In this document: piece by piece, positions 61,063-64,000 of the stretch
Numbering within the stretch: position 1 is the stretch's first letter
How the letters are laid out: every line of letters begins with the position of its first letter
Source: Iphione sp. A-MEVVRFRX5
Lineage: Eukaryota
Reading direction: 5' to 3'
NCBI GenBank assembly: GCA_976226885.1
Contig: OZ320316.1
Span: 39,742,001-39,806,000, forward strand
Length of the DNA: 64,000 bases
Made by a program: the position numbers and the translations under genes
The notes under the pieces: generated by a model
What the model was told of the DNA's origin: nothing
Databases searched by the model: none
The model's input: the letters and a program-made list of their open reading frames with translations, nothing else

Positions 61063-61563
61063 CAGTCGACCCTCACTTGCAGTGGACGTTCACCTCTCCT
61101 CTGGACACCCATTTAACAGTCCCTAAACCTTAATTTACAGGGTTTACAGCAGACAATAGCCTTACCAACACCAGAGAGAGGTGGGAGGGAAGGGCTCGTA
61201 CAGGTCGGGAGGACCAGGGCAACAGTGCTGACCATATACTCCGATCTGCTAACACCTAAGGAAGGTGTGAGGGAAGAGCTGGGACCGGTCTGGGGGATGT
61301 TTGTGGACACTCCCAACCATAAGAGGCCTACCTCAAAGCATTTTCATTGTCTGTGTCCATCTAGCGGGTTTATACCATGCATCAGTGGGTTTATACTACA
61401 AATTGGTGGATTTATACCACAAAAACTATGAAAATTTTATCCTTACTCATCATATTCAGCACTCCATGCATAAACTGTGGCGAGATCGGCTACATGGGAC
61501 ACCCCTGACTATGGACACTTTGACTCAAGTCCCTCCAGTGTCTGCAATAGAGGGGTTCCTCTT
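61063..61563. mobile_element. Decayed pogo/Tigger-like non-autonomous element
   Basis: TA + CAGTCGACCCTC on the left; GTGTCTGCAATAGAGGGGTTCCTCTT + TA on the right. Repeated GGACAC subterminal motifs and an internal imperfect ~21-bp tandem repeat (GGGTTTATACC-like, three copies) at about 61366-61420. TIR similarity is only partial. Confidence 0.45.
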
Positions 61564-62330
61564 TACATGCATGGTGAATCTGCAGTATCTCTAGATAAAC
61601 AAAATAGTAAGAAAACTTGAAGTTTGACACAATTTATACACGAAGGAAGTATTCATTATATATGACAACGTACAGGTATGAAATAAGAGACAAGTGATAC
61701 AGTTCGTGTATGTGTGCATAAGGGTTGCTTTAGAGTTAGGTTTAGGTAGGCAACAATAAGATATGACATGATGCATGCGCAAACTTGTACGACAGGACAT
61801 GTAGATTTGTCACGAAGGATCCATAAGGAGGGTGCGACCCTAAAGTTGTATAATGTTATGATAGTGTATATTATTAGCTTTAGGTATATTTTTCAACTGA
61901 AACACCTATAGATGGTGACTAAAACAGATATTAGTATGGAGGTCGCAATGGCAAATATATATACATATACACATCTATATGCATGGACATGTATGATATG
62001 ATGTGCCTACAGATAAATATATGATAAGATTAGTTAGAAAGTTGCTAGGTTTATCTACTAACCCGTATTTAAAGTTTTATTGTAGTAGGAGATTGTATGT
62101 ATCTAGCTGGATACAAATACTCTTTCAATGTATAAAAATTGCCAGGGTAAATAAAGAACTAATAAAAAGTAATCAATGACAGAGCAGACTTGAAGTCAGT
62201 ATAGTGTTAAACACTGATTTCTACATTATAGTCATGTTTAAATTGAAAGCTAGGAATTGTATTGCATTCATTCCAATATGAATAGAGTGTCATACTATCT
62301 TCAACAACAAAACCCATAAATTTATCTGTA

Positions 62331-62701
62331 TAGAGTTGCCTCTCACCCTGCGACCAATCAGGTGGGCTGACCACTCGCATAGGACGACCACCTTTGCTCA
62401 GAATGGATTGTTTTTCTGTACATTTCGTATATGGTTCTCTCCATCTACAATGACCACTTGCCCTTGGTGATGATCCAGCCAATAAGACCCTATTTTAAGA
62501 ACAAAGAGCATGTTTCACCGCCTACAGCAACCATCCACACCCCGGGGGAGGGTATTCACAACCTGAATACCACTATTTTAAGAAAAGGCATGTTTCCCAA
62601 CCTGGGTTTCCCCACCTGGGGTGACCATTGAGGGATGTGGGCAGAGAGGTGTTAGCATGACCACTGTTCCCTAACAAAAAGCCTGACAGAGGGTATTCAC
62701 A
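62331..62701. mobile_element. Probable transposon-derived remnant
   Basis: Repeated GACCAC motifs like those in the 52726 element; near-duplicated CTATTTTAAGA...GCATGTTTC (62490-62516, 62573-62596); GAGGGTATTCACA twice (62548-62560, 62689-62701). No clear termini. Confidence 0.3.
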
Positions 62702-64000
62702 TGTTCAAGAGGCTTTTACTCATCAAATTCAGCACTTTTAGGTCATTATTTAGTTGATAGAGAGAGAGGGAGAAGGGGAATAAATTTGGTAGTTTGACCC
62801 CCTATCCAATGCCTTGGGCAACCATTTGGTGGTTGCCTGAGGTGGAGTCGACAGTATCTATATAAATAGACCTGATTAATAAATATATAGATCAAATGAT
62901 CTAAAGAGACAATATTTTAGGGATAAAAAAGACACTATATCAATCATCTCATTATACTGCACCTTTTATGAGAAGAACATATTCTCTAAGAGATATTAAA
63001 TATATTATGTCATTGTAATTTACATTAATTGGAGCCTGGACCATGCAATATATGACGATATACTGCACAACTTTGTAATACATGTAATTCTACAGGATCA
63101 CTGCATAGACACAAAACAACATTTATCACAGTTCGGCGACATTTGTTGATGCACACGTGTATATCTAGATGCAGTTATTTGTACATATACAGCCATATTT
63201 TCTGCAGAGAAATCTTTCCAGCAAATGTAATCATGTGGATGCCTGCCGAAACTGTGAAGTTGTTTAACTTTAAAAGCAGTCAATATGTGTCAGCTTTATG
63301 GGGGCACTGAAGAACTATATAGCTGTCGATCACGTCCGATGGCTTTGGGAAACAACCCCTGGTCATTACCGACTAAAGACTAGTAGACACACCATGGGCG
63401 CTGTCACCCCCCAAAACCACTCCTATATAGACGGCCCCACTCCATCAAACACCTTTCACCAATTATTACCTATTACTACTTCTATTTCGGCTGGAACCAG
63501 TACCATTACCATTCTACTACCAGCCTACACCAGCTCTACTACTGACCCGCTATCACCACCACCGCCAAACCACCATCCGACATGCTTTTCAAGATCTCCG
63601 CCGAGCAATATACAGTTTTTTTTTGTTTTGAAAAAAAGTATACATTAAATCATAGAAATCCAGTCAGTTGAATGAAATTTGAGAAATTGATAGAAAACTA
63701 TGGTAGAGAATTGTCACTCAGTGCATACATGTTTCAGTGCAAATATTTTTAAAACTATGGTTAACACGATGAGCATACCCATGCATGCATGTCCATGCAT
63801 GGCAGTGCATAGCCATGCATGGCTGTGTTTAAAAAATGGGAACTGTTCCAGTTTCCATGCTACACTGCCTGTGTTGGCCCATGTTTGTGGCATCTATTTT
63901 GGGAACATTCATTATCACAGGTATGTAAATGGAAAAAATACTGTGAATACATGCACCATGGTATGTATACAGTGATTATTAGATTAGCAAAAAAACACCC

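Noticed and set aside
1-64000. Hox/ParaHox genes, miR-10, ProtoRAG/Transib termini, CRISPR arrays, tRNA and snRNA
   Set aside because: Searched by eye for diagnostic motifs (WFQNRR, YPWM, TACCCTGTAGA, RSS-like TIR context, regularly spaced repeats, T-loop with cloverleaf, U1/U2/U6 5' ends); none found. Very short or diverged exons could still have been missed.

Overview
This is eukaryotic (animal) non-coding DNA. I could not support any protein-coding gene: none of the supplied ORFs or my own frame checks gives a recognisable domain (no homeobox helix 3, YPWM, HMG, paired, forkhead, bHLH, zinc finger, nuclear receptor, RT or transposase motif). I found no rRNA, tRNA, snRNA or CRISPR array. 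About 60 kb (1 to ~60,700) is a CpG-retaining block, with no recognisable transposon before ~52.7 kb. In it, GC-rich islands dense in transcription-factor-like motifs alternate with AT-rich spacers. This looks like the cis-regulatory landscape (gene desert or giant intron) of a developmental gene lying outside the window (inference). Small TA-flanked pogo/Tigger-like non-autonomous DNA transposons sit at ~52.7-53.5 kb and ~61-62.7 kb, and the last ~3.3 kb is CpG-depleted. The mosaic CpG pattern and a strong excess of TACATGTA fit a marine invertebrate such as amphioxus (Branchiostoma), but this is inference only. Best leads: (i) a hairpin at 41.9 kb whose 5' arm carries the miR-96 seed; (ii) a three-stem, switch-like fold at 27.3 kb; (iii) an identical homeodomain palindrome architecture GCTAATT-N5-AATTAGC at 2.65 kb and 60.1 kb; (iv) a perfect DR5 retinoic-acid-type element plus several RFX X-boxes; (v) a chain of back-to-back short ORFs behind a CAG/GGT repeat island at 21.8-22.6 kb; (vi) the TACATGTA excess as possible transposon excision footprints; (vii) a sharp CpG boundary at ~60.7 kb. 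I cannot claim a new biological system from sequence alone; these are testable candidates.
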